64,000 nucleotides of DNA from Eutreptiella sp. 'Long Island Sound 2002' (taxonomy: Eukaryota > Protista > Euglenida): contig OZ038378.1 in NCBI GenBank assembly GCA_964036045.1, positions 137,888,001-137,952,000 of the forward strand, given 5' to 3'. Positions 12,722 to 24,289 of this stretch are shown here, piece after piece (the first letter of the stretch is position 1; every line of letters starts with the position of its first letter). The notes under the pieces were generated by a model, which was given only the letters and a program-made list of their open reading frames with translations, was not told where the DNA came from and did no database searches. Both the position numbers and the translations under genes were made by a program.

Positions 12722-12983
12722 TTCCCTATGGTCGTGCTGGGTAATGTAAATCCCCGGTAACAGGGCAGGAGTCACATGCGTCGTAACACTGCATTTCAAT
12801 TTTTTGCTTCCCGGTAACACTTTTCCCGGGTAACAGGGCAGCGGTTACATGGTAACACTGCATTTTGGATTTTTGCTTGTGGGTAACACTTTCGTCGGGT
12901 AACATGTAGGCAATTAGAATGGCGGTAACACTGCGCACTGCATTTTATATCCCCGGCAACATGCTTTCCACTCTTTGTCACAG

Positions 12984-14560
12984 TGAACATCAGGCTGGTA
13001 GAGCTCAGCTGCGACGGCTGCGTGGCTCTTAAGGACGCGGAGGATGATGATGCTAACGCCCCGAAGAGGCAGCTGGAGAGGCATGCGGAGGGCCCCACAG
13101 CAGCACAGCTGAAGGGAGGCCAGGAGAAAGCCCACAAAACTGACAGTGCATACTCATGTATGGTACTGCAATATAGGGGTGTGCGGTGGCCTTACGTTTA
13201 GTATTTACAATTTACTCTCTATCTGCAGGTTTGTCCCACCTCGAGAGGCTCCGTGCAGCCCTGCAGAGTGGTCCCACTATCCCCCGGTCGCTGCAGTTGA
13301 GCACCCAAGATCTGGCGGAACTCAGCTAGGAAGACGTGGATGCCAAGATCGTTCAAACCTGGCGTCACATTGGGGTAGTGCTGCATCTGAGGTCCATTCA
13401 CAACAACCCACCCCCACTGGAACTGCCTGGCCATTGGCGTCCATACCTTGTTGGGACCCTCCAGGACCAGCAGGAGAGGACGCAGAGGTACAAGCGGAAG
13501 TAGCACAAGGTCAGGAATACGCACCCCGGGGATGAGTTTGGGAGTGCAAGCAGCAGCAGTGACAGCGAGGAGAGTGAGGGACCCACATGCAAGCGAAGCA
13601 GCGGAGCAAGCAGAAGAGGGTGCGGAGGCGGGCCCGTGAGGAGGGGGCGCGGCAGCGGCTGGAGGCAGAGCGGAACGCGCTGCTGGCCAAGGTGCAGGCA
13701 ATGGAAATGGGAGGCAAACCACCAAGCCTTGGTATGTTTTTTGTGCTCTGTTACCGCCGGGTAACATGTTACCGCGGTAACATAGCAGCGGTTACATACG
13801 CAGTAACACATGAGGATCCCCGGGTAACAAAAATTCTCGGTAACGCCCCAACGGTTACACACGTGGTAACACTTTACAAAACCATGGTAACACAATTTTC
13901 GGGTAACACCCCAGCGATTACACAGGTGGTAACACTTTACAAAACCTTGGTAACACAATGTGTGGGTAACACCCCTGGGGTTCCACAAGTGGTAACACTT
14001 TGCAAAACTACTGTGTGTGTCTCCGTGTTTTCGGGTGGTTCGTTGGCAAAGCCCTACTCACCCCCCACGTCGAGGCAATTGACCACCGGGGAGCAATTTC
14101 ATATGCACGAACATCATGCCGCTAACGCCCCAAACGGCCCCGCAGAAGTCCCCAAGCCCGCCAGTGCCCAAGAATAGCCTACCGAGGTGCAAGAAACTCC
14201 TGCCCCTGCCCCTACCCCTGACACCCATGCGCTCAGGCTTCAGATCCGGGCAGTGGCGGGAGCACTGATGCCCCCTCCTGCAAGGCCGCCCCCACCGGCA
14301 GCCCCCCAGGCCACGCTGGCCACTCAATTGGTCCCTACCACCCAAGGCAGGCACCAGCCTGCATCAGAAGGGTTTGCCAAATCCCCTGGAGGCAACCTTG
14401 TCCACCCAATTGGCCCCATCAACTCAAGCCAGTGAGCAGACGTTGTGGTCGCAGGATGCACAGGATGCTGGCGAACATCTTGGGGAACCTGCGGAGACAC
14501 CGGTTGGGGAACCGCCACCGGACCCGGCAGCCGGGGCCGACGACGAGACGGCAACGTGAT
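12984..14560 (+). pseudogene. Spliced cargo gene of the piggyBac-like element (unknown; basic/coiled-coil and Pro-rich parts)
   Basis: Acceptors ending at 12983 and 13228; donors GTATGT 13732 and GTAAGG 14566. Exon-like ORFs such as 13587-13731 (KQKRVRRRAREEGARQRLEAERNALLAKVQ). Confidence 0.45.
13750..14005. repeat. piggyBac element motif array (GGTAACAC/GTTACC)
   Basis: Clusters at 12735-12965, 13750-14005 (63 bp sub-period), 14610-14820, 15020-15085 and 16725-16965. Confidence 0.85.
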
Positions 14561-15199
14561 GATGTGTAAGGGTGTGTTTCTGTATTTGTACCCTTGGTTT
14601 TGTGCATGGGCCCGTATGGTAACACGTTACCGGGGTAACACCCCAACGGTTACATGCGTGGGAACACGCAAGTATACAACCCCGGGGGGGATAGTGAAAC
14701 GTTACCCGGGCAACACCCCAAGGGCTACATGGGTGGTAACACACAGGTATGCACTTCGGGGGGTATGGTAACACGTTACCCGGGTAACACCCCAACGGTT
14801 ACATGCGAGGTAACAACATTCAGCAATGCTCCTGTGTTGTTCTCAGGCCCAAAAGTGAGTGGTGGTCGCTGTGCGTCGTGGACGTGATGGCGTGGGAGTC
14901 ATGGACAAGACGGAGCGATGCAGCGGCGACGTTGGATAGGATCTTTTATTTTATTCAGGCTGCTTTCGTGGCCTCTGTGTTTGTACAACCTTTCGATTGT
15001 CAGTGGTGAATGTTGCCACCCTTGTAACCGTTGCATGGTTACCAGTGGTTATTATTGGTTGCCATGAGTTTCTAGTTACCAGTGGTGTTACCTCGACGTC
15101 TTCATTCTTTTCAGCCGTTCCGTCGACTTTGCCTCATTGGTACGGTAGAGGGTGAATTTGTGAACGAGGTTTGCACGTGTGCAAGGGGGGGAATTTTTT

Positions 15200-16615
15200 C
15201 CTATCCACCCATTTTCCCATTTACAGCCACCATGCCCATCCGACCCAGCCGGCGTCCATTGCGGAGAGCAATGGTGTTCGAAAGAAGGGGACTACCCCCC
15301 AACCATGTGAGAGGGGCCCTATTAGCGGCTACCCTTGGGGGACATCCTAACAAGAAGTATGCCACCATTGCAAAGGCCATGGATGACATGTTCAACCCGA
15401 TTCTACGCTGCCTCAGTGAGGCTTTGACAAAAAATGGAACCAGGGAATTGATATCCAAGCTCACCAACTACATCGTATTCCGTATCCTTCTTGGGATGTG
15501 GTGGCCCAGAAGAGTCGATGACGTATGGCATCCGACGGCTTTGTGTGCTCACAAAGGCTTGGCCTCCCTATTAACCAAGGAGGAGTATTATAAGATACAC
15601 TGCTTGTGCAATTTTTTGTACCGACGACCTCCTAGAGGCTCTTAATGCCCATTGGACCAGCCTGTGGGCACGGGGGTGGGCTGCCGCAGGGAATGAATCC
15701 ATTGTCCCCCACAAGGGGAAAAGGGCTGGACCGATGCGGCAGTTCATCCCCAGAAAATCCCATAGCACACACATTAAATTGTATGTGTTGGGTGACCGAG
15801 TGCACCCCTTTATATCCGATATTTTTTTGTATGCAGGCAAAAGGTTCAGGGTCTTCTGGGATCAACCCGAGGTGGCTAGACCCCGTACCGCCCGGGACAT
15901 GGTACACCAATGGGCGGACGTACTCCCTACTCGTACTGCTGTTGTTTGCGACTCATACTTTGGAAGCCACCTAGTGGCAAACCAAATGGCACAGCGTCAA
16001 CACCCCTTCTTGTTCCTGTGCAAACGGGATGAGGAAGGGGTTTCCCTGGCTGGGGATGGTATGCGACCCTCCACTACAGCAGAACCGTATGTCAAAGGAG
16101 CCAAGTATAGCCTCCATGTGTACAAGAACCCAAAAGTGGGTAGCAAACCACCGCGTATGATTCCATTTCTGTCAAACTTTGTGTTTGACAGTGAGTGGCT
16201 GCGCCACAGAGGGCGTTATGAGCTCCCGCCTGTTGTGGCTGTGTACAGGCAGCTGCCCAACTGTGTTGATAGTGCCCATCAATCGGCACTGGAACAACGT
16301 GAGATAGGACAGTTCAAGAGCTCGACCCGTGCCTTGAAGGCCTTCTTGTTTAGGTACGCGATTGTAAATCCCTTTATAGTCCTCCGACTTCAGGGGTTTA
16401 TACCCAAAAAGAAATCCCTTTGGGACTTCCAATGGGATATTTCGGAAAATTTTGTCTCCCTGGGGCAGACTGTGCACACACCGGTGCTTGTAGATACCCG
16501 AGGCACTTGCAAAGTATGCAAGGGGCGCATTTGGTTCAAGTGTGCTCTTTGCGATGTTCATTTGCACTCCTACGGTGGTTGTTTCAACAAGTGGCATGGA
16601 GACCTGACAGCTTGA
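15200..16615 (+). pseudogene. piggyBac transposase (DDD catalytic core plus C-terminal Cys-rich domain), frameshifted near 15640-15730
   Basis: GNESIVPHKG (D1 mutated to N), IKLYVLGD, CDSYF (D2), CVDSAHQ (D3), terminal CKVC...CALCDVHLH...CFNKWH. Confidence 0.85.
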
Positions 16616-17066
16616 ACGCAGAAGAAACAGCTGTCCTACGGCGCAGTGTTGCTTCTTACAGGGCAGAGAGGGAAGGGACTGTGCATGCATGACCGTGTGC
16701 CCAGCCGCGATGGGGTAACTAGAAACAAAGTGTGATGGGGAAGGGGTTACATGAAAGGTAACACAAGGGGTACCTAGTGACAAAGTGCCATTCGAAAGGG
16801 GCATGGCTCCCCGGGTAACACCCCAAGGGTGGTAACAAAAACAAACAACAACAAGAGCGCTCGGGTAACACATACATGCTACCTGCAACATACGAAGTCC
16901 CTCAGGTAACGCATGGGTAACACCCGCGGTAACATGTGTTACCTAGGTAACGAGTGTGTTACCCCATCCGAAAAATACAAAAGGTCAAATATCTTCAGCC
17001 GTTTTCTGGGGCAAAAATGGGTTACCTAGACCATATGGATCCATGAGTACTAACCCTAGATAAGGG

Positions 17067-18280
17067 AATATGCTCATCTTGAAGCCAAAGCGAAGACTCT
17101 GCGCAATTATTTTCATGGTCCGCAGCACGGGGGGTGCGGGATGCTTAGAGGGGATGGCAAATCACCCGGCTTGGCCAGAGTAATGGCGCAGCTGGGTGCA
17201 GGAAGCATGCAGATGTTAACCACAACCTTAGCAGACCCAGCAAATTCGCTTCCCACATGCTTGCAGATGGCACGGGTAGGAGACTTGACGAGGCAATGGA
17301 TCTCTTGAGGCAGGACATACATAGGGGGCATCACGGAATGCATGTATCCAAGCTAAAAATTCCACAAAGATGCGTGTCTGGGGATCAAATCAATGCTTTG
17401 CATGCAACAAACGAATTAGAGATGGCGCATCTCAGAACAAAAGCCCTGATTGCCTTTCACCGTGAGCGGAAAAGACCAACTTCTCTATGCCGAAGCGCAT
17501 TCGGTCCATGGAACCCCGGGCCCTTATGGTACACATGACCCAATTTGAGCATTTTTACCTGGATCGTTGTGACTGTGTTTTTGAACAAGTCAATCAGCCC
17601 TGCGGGCAGGGGTATGGTGTCCGGCGCTTGCCGTACCATGTGCGTAAGCTTCGTTTGCTCCTAGTTCGGTCCTTGGGGGTCCGCAGTACAATCCTCCTCT
17701 GCACGCTAATTTTCATTTCCTGCTTCACTCTGCGTGCCACCAGTCTGAAAAGCCTCTCATATTGCTATGGTCCCACAAATTCACGTGCTTCGCGAAGTGA
17801 TTGTAGGAGCAGTGTCGTGGGTGTCCCTGTGACACGTGCAGCAGTGATCTGGTTTGTGCTACTTGTTGTGGCTCTGCATCGCGTGGGGAAAGCAATGTGG
17901 TTCAGGATACCTTCCCAAAACGCCGTGTGGAAGTCCCCTCTTGGTGGGTGTGTTCCTTTCTATCGAGTTTGCATAGCTTCGTGTTACACGCTGCATGGGC
18001 TGCATGCCCAACCGTGAAGAAATGTTTCTTGGCACACCATGGGTTGGCCTAAGAAAACATTGCCCTATTCAGTGTTTTTCGCTTAGAGGTTGCAAGTTGC
18101 ACAGAGGGTGCATCAAGTGGTTGCACAAAAACACCCATGGGTTGCAGAAGGGGTTGCATAAAGCGGTTGCAAAATAGGTTACCGGTTGCATAAGGCGGTC
18201 GCACAATTCAAGAAGTCCAAAAACGGGCGGTTGCAAGTGAAAAGTAGTATTTTGAAATAGCCAACATGGGGGTTGCATTC
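17067..18280 (+). mobile_element. Remnant of element D (decayed ORF followed by a GGTTGCA motif array)
   Basis: About 8 copies of GGTTGCA at 18060-18280. Decayed ORFs at 17257-18017 include a weak transposase-like C-terminal segment (LMVHMTQF...FEQVN). A possible right end ...TTGCAAGGGTCGCCAAGGGGTG lies at 36583-36604, beyond element C. Confidence 0.35.
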
Positions 18281-18999
18281 GGACTAGTCATGGAATGACG
18301 CAACCGAGATAAAGGAATATAATTGCCGTTGTGTATCGCCATGCGATATGTGGACCTCATGGATGTCATTTTGTCGTGCATGACCTCCCATGAGTCAATG
18401 GGGTGTTTTCAAAATTTTGCATCAAGGTTGTGCTAGCATGGCGTCATATGTCGGCAAGGTGTAACTACGAAGGACAATCCATATAAGTACGTTGGGACAA
18501 ACCCAAGGCAAACCAGGGGTAACCCATGGGTAAAAATTTTATTTCTGTAATGTGACTGTATTAGGGTGCCTTAAGTGCTTGCAATGCTTTATTTGCGTCA
18601 ATTGAAACATTTTTTTACGCTTGCTTACACGTTGGAACGGTGATGCTGCATGAAAACTTGAGCATAAAAGCGAACACATCGAACAATGTTTGGAAGCGCC
18701 TTCCAACCCTCTTTGTCCATACGAACAAGTTGCTTTGTCCCTACGGACAACGAGGGGGGAAAGGCGTTTGTGTCCCTGTTTGGATCGTTCGCTTTTATGC
18801 TCAAGTTTTCATGCAACATCACCATCCCAGCGTGCAACCAAGCGAACAAAGGTTTTTACTTTGTTCGGACGGACAAACCATGCGTTTTTTGCTTTTTTTT
18901 TGTGTTTTATTTTTCCCACTTTTGCGCCATTTAGACTGTTTTGTCACCATGCTTCCCCATGGGGCATAAGAAACAAGCCCGCTTTACCTCCCCCCCCAA

Positions 19000-20057
19000 A
19001 AAGAAGAAGAGGGCTACCAAGCCCGATGCCCTAGCTGCCCCTAAGAAGACATCGGCTCGGAGGACTTCCCTCAAGACTCTGGGAACAGTCCCCCATGGCG
19101 GATGCAGACGTGCAGGCCTATATCTCGAGGTTGTCACGAGATGCTGCATACACCCCGGAGGGTTACCTACGGATGTACTTTACCATGCGGCCGTAGGATG
19201 TCGATGGGCTTGGTGTAATGCAGGAGACATTAGGTGCTCGGTAAAAGGAGACGTTCCCGGAAGGATGCGGCACTGAGGAGGAGGAAGAGTCTGTGGATCG
19301 CAGTAGGGAGACCGAGGAGTTCCCAGATGAGGGGTCAAAGTACAGTGGTACAAGTGCCAAAGACGAGGAGAAGGATGTGCCCCCGGAGGAGGATGTGCAC
19401 CCGGAGGAGGATGTGCACCTGGATGGTGTGGAACCGATGGACCCACGGTTTCATCGGGAACTATGAGACATGGGCGAGACAGTATAAGATGGGGAGGGAG
19501 AAGACAATGTGCGCAGGCGTGCAACTGCAATTCCCCCTCCAGCAGAAGTACCAGCAAGCGCCGCCCCACCAGCAGAGAAGCCAAAGGAGAACAAGCTCTT
19601 TAAGGACAAGAGGTTCATCTTCATCATCAACGCCATCGCCGTTCCTCAATGGCCAGACAACCCCCCCAACCTCTTCGGCACTATTGTCCGCACCATGCAG
19701 AATCGGGTGCACAGCCGCCTTGATATGGTAGCGTTCCGCCTCTTCCGGCCCGTGCTTCAAAAGATCGTGTGTACCACTCGGCGGACCCTGCAATCGGGCG
19801 CCCCTTACAAGTACGTGTTGGAGCACACATTGGACTATAAGCGCAACCTCCCAAACCCCGTGGACACCCGCCCTGCGGGCGCCCGTGCTACGGATGGCGT
19901 TGCCACCTTTCCCACGGCCAAGTCAGCGACATGGGTTGCGGATGGCCCCATTCAGTCCTTCTTGGGGAACCTGGCTGCTCACGCCCATGCCGAGTGCACT
20001 TTCCCCTACTTCAACAAATGCACCTCCAAGTTTTTAGCCCTACGAATGGGTCACTAG
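19000..20057 (+). pseudogene. Element C gene 1, N-terminal part (acidic region plus unknown domain)
   Basis: Acidic stretch (EEEESVDRSRETEEFPDEG...EEDVHPEEDVH) and ORF 19509-20057, directly upstream of the dioxygenase segment. Confidence 0.45.
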
Positions 20058-20139
20058 CCCTCTTTGTCCAAGGTGCCTTCCCTGTGTCGCAGGAGGGGTT
20101 GGTCCCAGGCGTGTACCGCGCTTAGGGCCACGCCGCGCA

Positions 20140-20768
20140 AATGGCGTACTGCAAGCTGCCGGGAGTTGTGCCCGAAGATTTGAAGGGTGTGTTGGCAGCT
20201 TTGGAGGCGCCGGAGGTGGTGGTGGAGGAAATCACTTTGCAGAACCCTCGGGAACTGGTGTCCGATTGTGGCGGGAGGATGTAGACGTTACCTTCCCGGT
20301 GGGTGCCGTTGGACAACTTTCAAGTCGCGTGCCTGTTGGCAGCATTGCAGGACCACCTCGACGTTGACGTGACCGAAATGGAGGTTGGTGGTGGTGGGGT
20401 CAAGCTCCTATTGAGGGATTCGGTTAGACAAGTCACCACCGTGGCCCGGGTGCCACATATTGCACTGTGACTTCCTGCTGTCGCTGCCCGATGCTGCCGA
20501 CACTATGGCCCTCTTCTTCCCCATCGACGAGACGGCCGCCCCCTATGCCTTGCAGGTGCTGCGTGGGACGTGGTACACATATCACGCATCAGGCTGGGTG
20601 GTCATCATCCCGGGACCTTTGGGGGACGTCATCATCGTGTACGGCACCACGTTGCACAGAGCAGCAGGCAGCGAGCATGCCACCAAGCGCACGCTATTTC
20701 TCCCATTGGTCCACAAGGGTTTCCGCGTCCCAATCACCCACGTTGAGCCTGACAAGAGCCCCTTCTAG
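20140..20768 (+). pseudogene. PhyH-like 2OG-Fe(II) dioxygenase (cargo of element C)
   Basis: N-terminal AYCKLPGVVPEDL, HCD at 20463-20471, LQVLRGT, GDVIIVYGTTLH (His 20655) and Arg 11 residues later (20688). One frameshift just before HCD, plus in-frame stops. Confidence 0.7.
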
Positions 20769-21304
20769 CCTCCTGGGATGCCCTAGTTGCTAGACCAGAT
20801 CGTCGGATCGTCCTTCACGATCCCCAGTTGGGGAGTTGGGGTTCTGGCGAAACCTGCGAGTCACACCCCTATTGCGGTGACATCGTTGTAGCTGGTGCTG
20901 GTGTCGAGCGCCTGGCCGTGTACGTTGCCCCAGTTCGCACCCCTGCTCCACCTGATGGGTAGGACGTTGACTGCGCCTCCCCACGCCTGCAGTGCCACTA
21001 CTTGCCGGAGCCCGAGGCTGAGGACGTTACTTTGGGGATTTTTGGTACCGGGGCAGTCGTGTACACGTTTGGGAATGCCGGGGTCGCCTTGCTCCAGTAG
21101 GATGACCACCCGGCCATGGAGTTTTGGACCATGGGCCACGCTCCGGGAACGGTAGCACATGACATCAGCGTGTTGGTGGCCGAAGGGCTCGTCAAGCGGT
21201 GCAAGATGAAGAAGAAGGAGATGTGGGTTGCTACCTGTACCTATGAGGTGTGGCACCAGATGGCACAAACAACCCCCCTCCCATGTTTCTCCCTGTGGAA
21301 ACCG

Positions 21305-21455
21305 GGGTTTTCCGTACGGACAAACGGATTTGTCCGTATGGACAAATCCGATTGTCCGTAGGACAATTTAGTTTGTCCCTACGGAGAATTTACTTTGTCC
21401 GTACGGACAATGTACTTTGTCCGTACGGACAAATTACTTTGTCCCAGGGACAAAA
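21305..21455. repeat. Element C motif array (palindrome TTTGTCCGTACGGACAAA)
   Basis: Perfect 18 bp palindrome at 21416-21433 and 35905-35922. Clusters at 18700-18885, 21305-21455, 23020-23150 and 35900-36055. Confidence 0.88.
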
Positions 21456-21499
21456 TAGGGTCATTTACGGTTTAAATGCCGGCGTTTACGTTTTGGTTG

Positions 21500-22932
21500 C
21501 CAGAATATGAGGTCGCATGTACACATCGCCCTCCGTCTTGCCTGTGTATTACGCTACACGCCTATTTGGGCCCTGTACCCGTTCCCTGCTGTGCATCCTT
21601 GTCTCACAGCATTTTGTGGTGCCCTTCGTCTTCAAGCGCCCGGACGCAACAGAGAGGACTCAGGCCGGGCCTCGCCGTCCTGGTTACCTTCAGGTTGTTG
21701 TTGCCGTGGATGTGCCTAGCAGTAGTGGTGCCGCACATGAGCCGCAGCGGCAGCACAACCTCCTGGCCTTCCCGCTAACCACTTGGTTCACCCTGCTCGG
21801 GGCACGTACGTGCAGATCGCCAAGGGATCCATGGTTGACCACATCTTGTACCCGGATCGAACATGGTGCATTCACATCATGGGGCAATGTGAGCTGCTGT
21901 TCTCCCACAAGAGTAGTGGTGCCGGGCAGCAGAGCATTGGTGCCCCGTTCCGCGTCATTACGCCCGTGTGGCTATTGGTAAATCACCGCGACGAATTGAA
22001 GGTGGTTGTTGGTGTGTGTTTGTTTATACGGCGGTCCGATAGCCATCTGAACATCGTGTGTGCGGATAAGGGTGCTTGTACGCTGCGGAAACTGAAGGGT
22101 GTGAAGTGGCGGGAGGTGATGACCGGGTATTTTGCACCCCACACCCGTGGAGTGCCAGGCATTGCGCGACCACTGCGCTGGGGTCATTGCGGTGTGGAAG
22201 AAGGAGGTTGGTTCCCGGAGGGTGAAGACGGACAGTGCTGGAATCCCCTCCGAGGAGGCAACAATGGCCGCAGACGACAGCGCCTGTGAACGGGAGAGTG
22301 TCTACACACGCCATAGGGGCTGGTGGAGATGGGCACCAGCCAAGACAATGACGCAACCCCCCAAGGTGCCGGAGCTTACTGTTGCAAAACTGACCGCGCA
22401 TGCAGCATATGACGAGCAGAAGCGAGTTGCAGACATGGAGGCAGCGCAGTGGAATAACCGGAAGCACTCGGTGAACCAACGGAGCAGCTTGCTGCAGCAG
22501 CTGAAGGCAGCAGAGACAGCGCTGAGCAACGCTGAGGCTCGGGCCGAATGAGCGAGGACCTGGTTGGCAAGCGAGCGACGTGACCTACATGAGCAATTGC
22601 AGCAAGCACAACATCTCACAGGCGGGGGAGGTGCAAGCAAGGACAAGGACAACGGTGATGCAGACAAGGTTCGGTTCCTCATGACCGTCGCAAGCGAGTT
22701 CCGGGGGCAACTGGCTGTGTCGAGGGAAACCCTGCGGTCGACGGAAATGTGGATTAAGAACCTGACCAAGGACGACCACATTGCCCCTGGTGCGGACACC
22801 GTGAAGGACATTGCAGTCGTTTTGCGCAAGTACACCAATGTGGACATTCAAACGGGATTGCACATTGAAGGGGACAGTGATGCGGGTAGTCAAGATAGTG
22901 GGTTGTCCCGGAGACAGTGGAGAGAACGCTAG
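21500..22932 (+). pseudogene. Element C gene 2 (unknown domain plus coiled coil)
   Basis: QSIGAPFRVITPVWLLV...VVGVCLFIRRSDSHL resembles A gene 2. Coiled-coil ORFs 22132-22551 and 22564-22932 share a frame, split by one TGA. Confidence 0.55.
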
Positions 22933-23199
22933 GATATGCGCCGGGGACGTCGTAGGGGGGCCGCGGGGGCTGGTGTCGAGTGGTGTGGCAGCAACGTGCA
23001 CAAAACTAGCAATTACCCCCCATTTGTCCGCACGGACAAACAAAAAAATCTGTACCGACAAACCAAAAAGTCCGTGCGGACAAACAACAATGTACAAACA
23101 GACAAAACAAAAAGTCCGTACGGACAAACCAAGGAATCTGTGAGGACAAAGCTGGGAAAAGGGGGCGAGCGCAACAGCTGTTGCTGCGTATAACGTGCG

Positions 23200-23889
23200 T
23201 GTGTGCCATGTGCGGTCTGCGTGTGTCCTCGGATCATTTGTAACATGCGTCGGCCCTACAACCTCGTCTAAGATCCCCGTTCACGACGTGCACGCCGCGC
23301 GGAGTTGGTGGGCGCTGTGTACACGATTCTGGGCCCCGAGTTCGAAGTTGATGAACGGGCGAACAACCGGTGTGTGCTAGCAAACCACAATGCAGCCCCC
23401 AAGGAGAAAGCTGCACTGGACGACCATGCTTGTGTACTCCTTTGGGATGCACGAAAGGAAGGGCGATCCCTTTGTAGCCTGCGGTATGGGGCTAGTTTGA
23501 GAGCAATCACCTGTCTGACCCTGTGCTCCTCCAACAACGGCGTGAATTGTCAAAGCCGGATGTGTATGCCGACCTGTTAAGGAGCAGCCCGCAGTATCGT
23601 ATGATCTAACGGAAAAACTAAGGATAATGTTTGAGGCACGGCCCCCAGTGCCTCCAATCAGTAGTTCCGTGATTCTTGTTGGTGTATGCATCGGTGGTAC
23701 TAACCTTTGGAAAAAATCGTATGTGCACTTCACCGTGCGTGAACTGGACCCCGGGGAAACACCCCAAGACTCGTGGGCCTTTTACTAGGGTAGCGAAAAA
23801 CGCTCCATGCTCCACACTCTCAGTGTGGAGCATGGGCTTAACGACCAAGCAGTGGCTTTACGTAGTGCACTGTTCCTTGACAGTGCAGG
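23200..23889 (+). pseudogene. Element C transposase, 5' part
   Basis: VCIGGTNLWKKSYVHFT...SWAFYxGSEKRSML aligns with A's TVDGTSRHEASYVHCT...SWWLLGGSQNRETL; D1 is mutated GAT to GGT at 23693. Confidence 0.7.
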
Positions 23890-24289
23890 TTACCATGTAC
23901 CTTGCGCGAACCGGCCATTTGAATGGGAGTTTCACGCTAGCGTGAGTTTCACAACTTTTTTCCAGTTTTTTGCGCGTGACTTGGTGCCATCGTGTGTGTT
24001 TCTCGTGCTATCTTCGCGAAAAGCGTTGTACAATAAGTGTGTGCAAATTAGACGTTTTAACTAGGCACCTGGTTCAACATATTCGCTGGTGTTTGGTCGA
24101 ATTGGAAATTCACTCACCGAAATTCGCAAATAAATTCACGCTAGGTTCACACATTCACGAGACTGTGAAATTCGCTCGGAATTCGTACGAATTTCGTACT
24201 CGAATTTGCCCCAAGTTCCACTGTTTCGCTTTCTCACAGCTCTCAAACCCTTTGTTCGCCTCTTTTTGTGACCGGGGACGGGGGAGGGT

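Larger units (their letters stand above)
12722..17066 (+). mobile_element. piggyBac-like DNA transposon with cargo gene; left terminus probably displaced by A1
   Basis: piggyBac transposase motifs. GGTAAC/GTTACC motif arrays span 12735-16965. Candidate right end ...TAAGGG at 17066, but the flank is AATA rather than TTAA. Confidence 0.65.

Noticed and set aside
23731-23744. CACCGTGCGTGAAC as the left end of A2
   Set aside because: It lies in the C transposase reading frame (FTVRE); the match at 23890 is longer and fits frame restoration.
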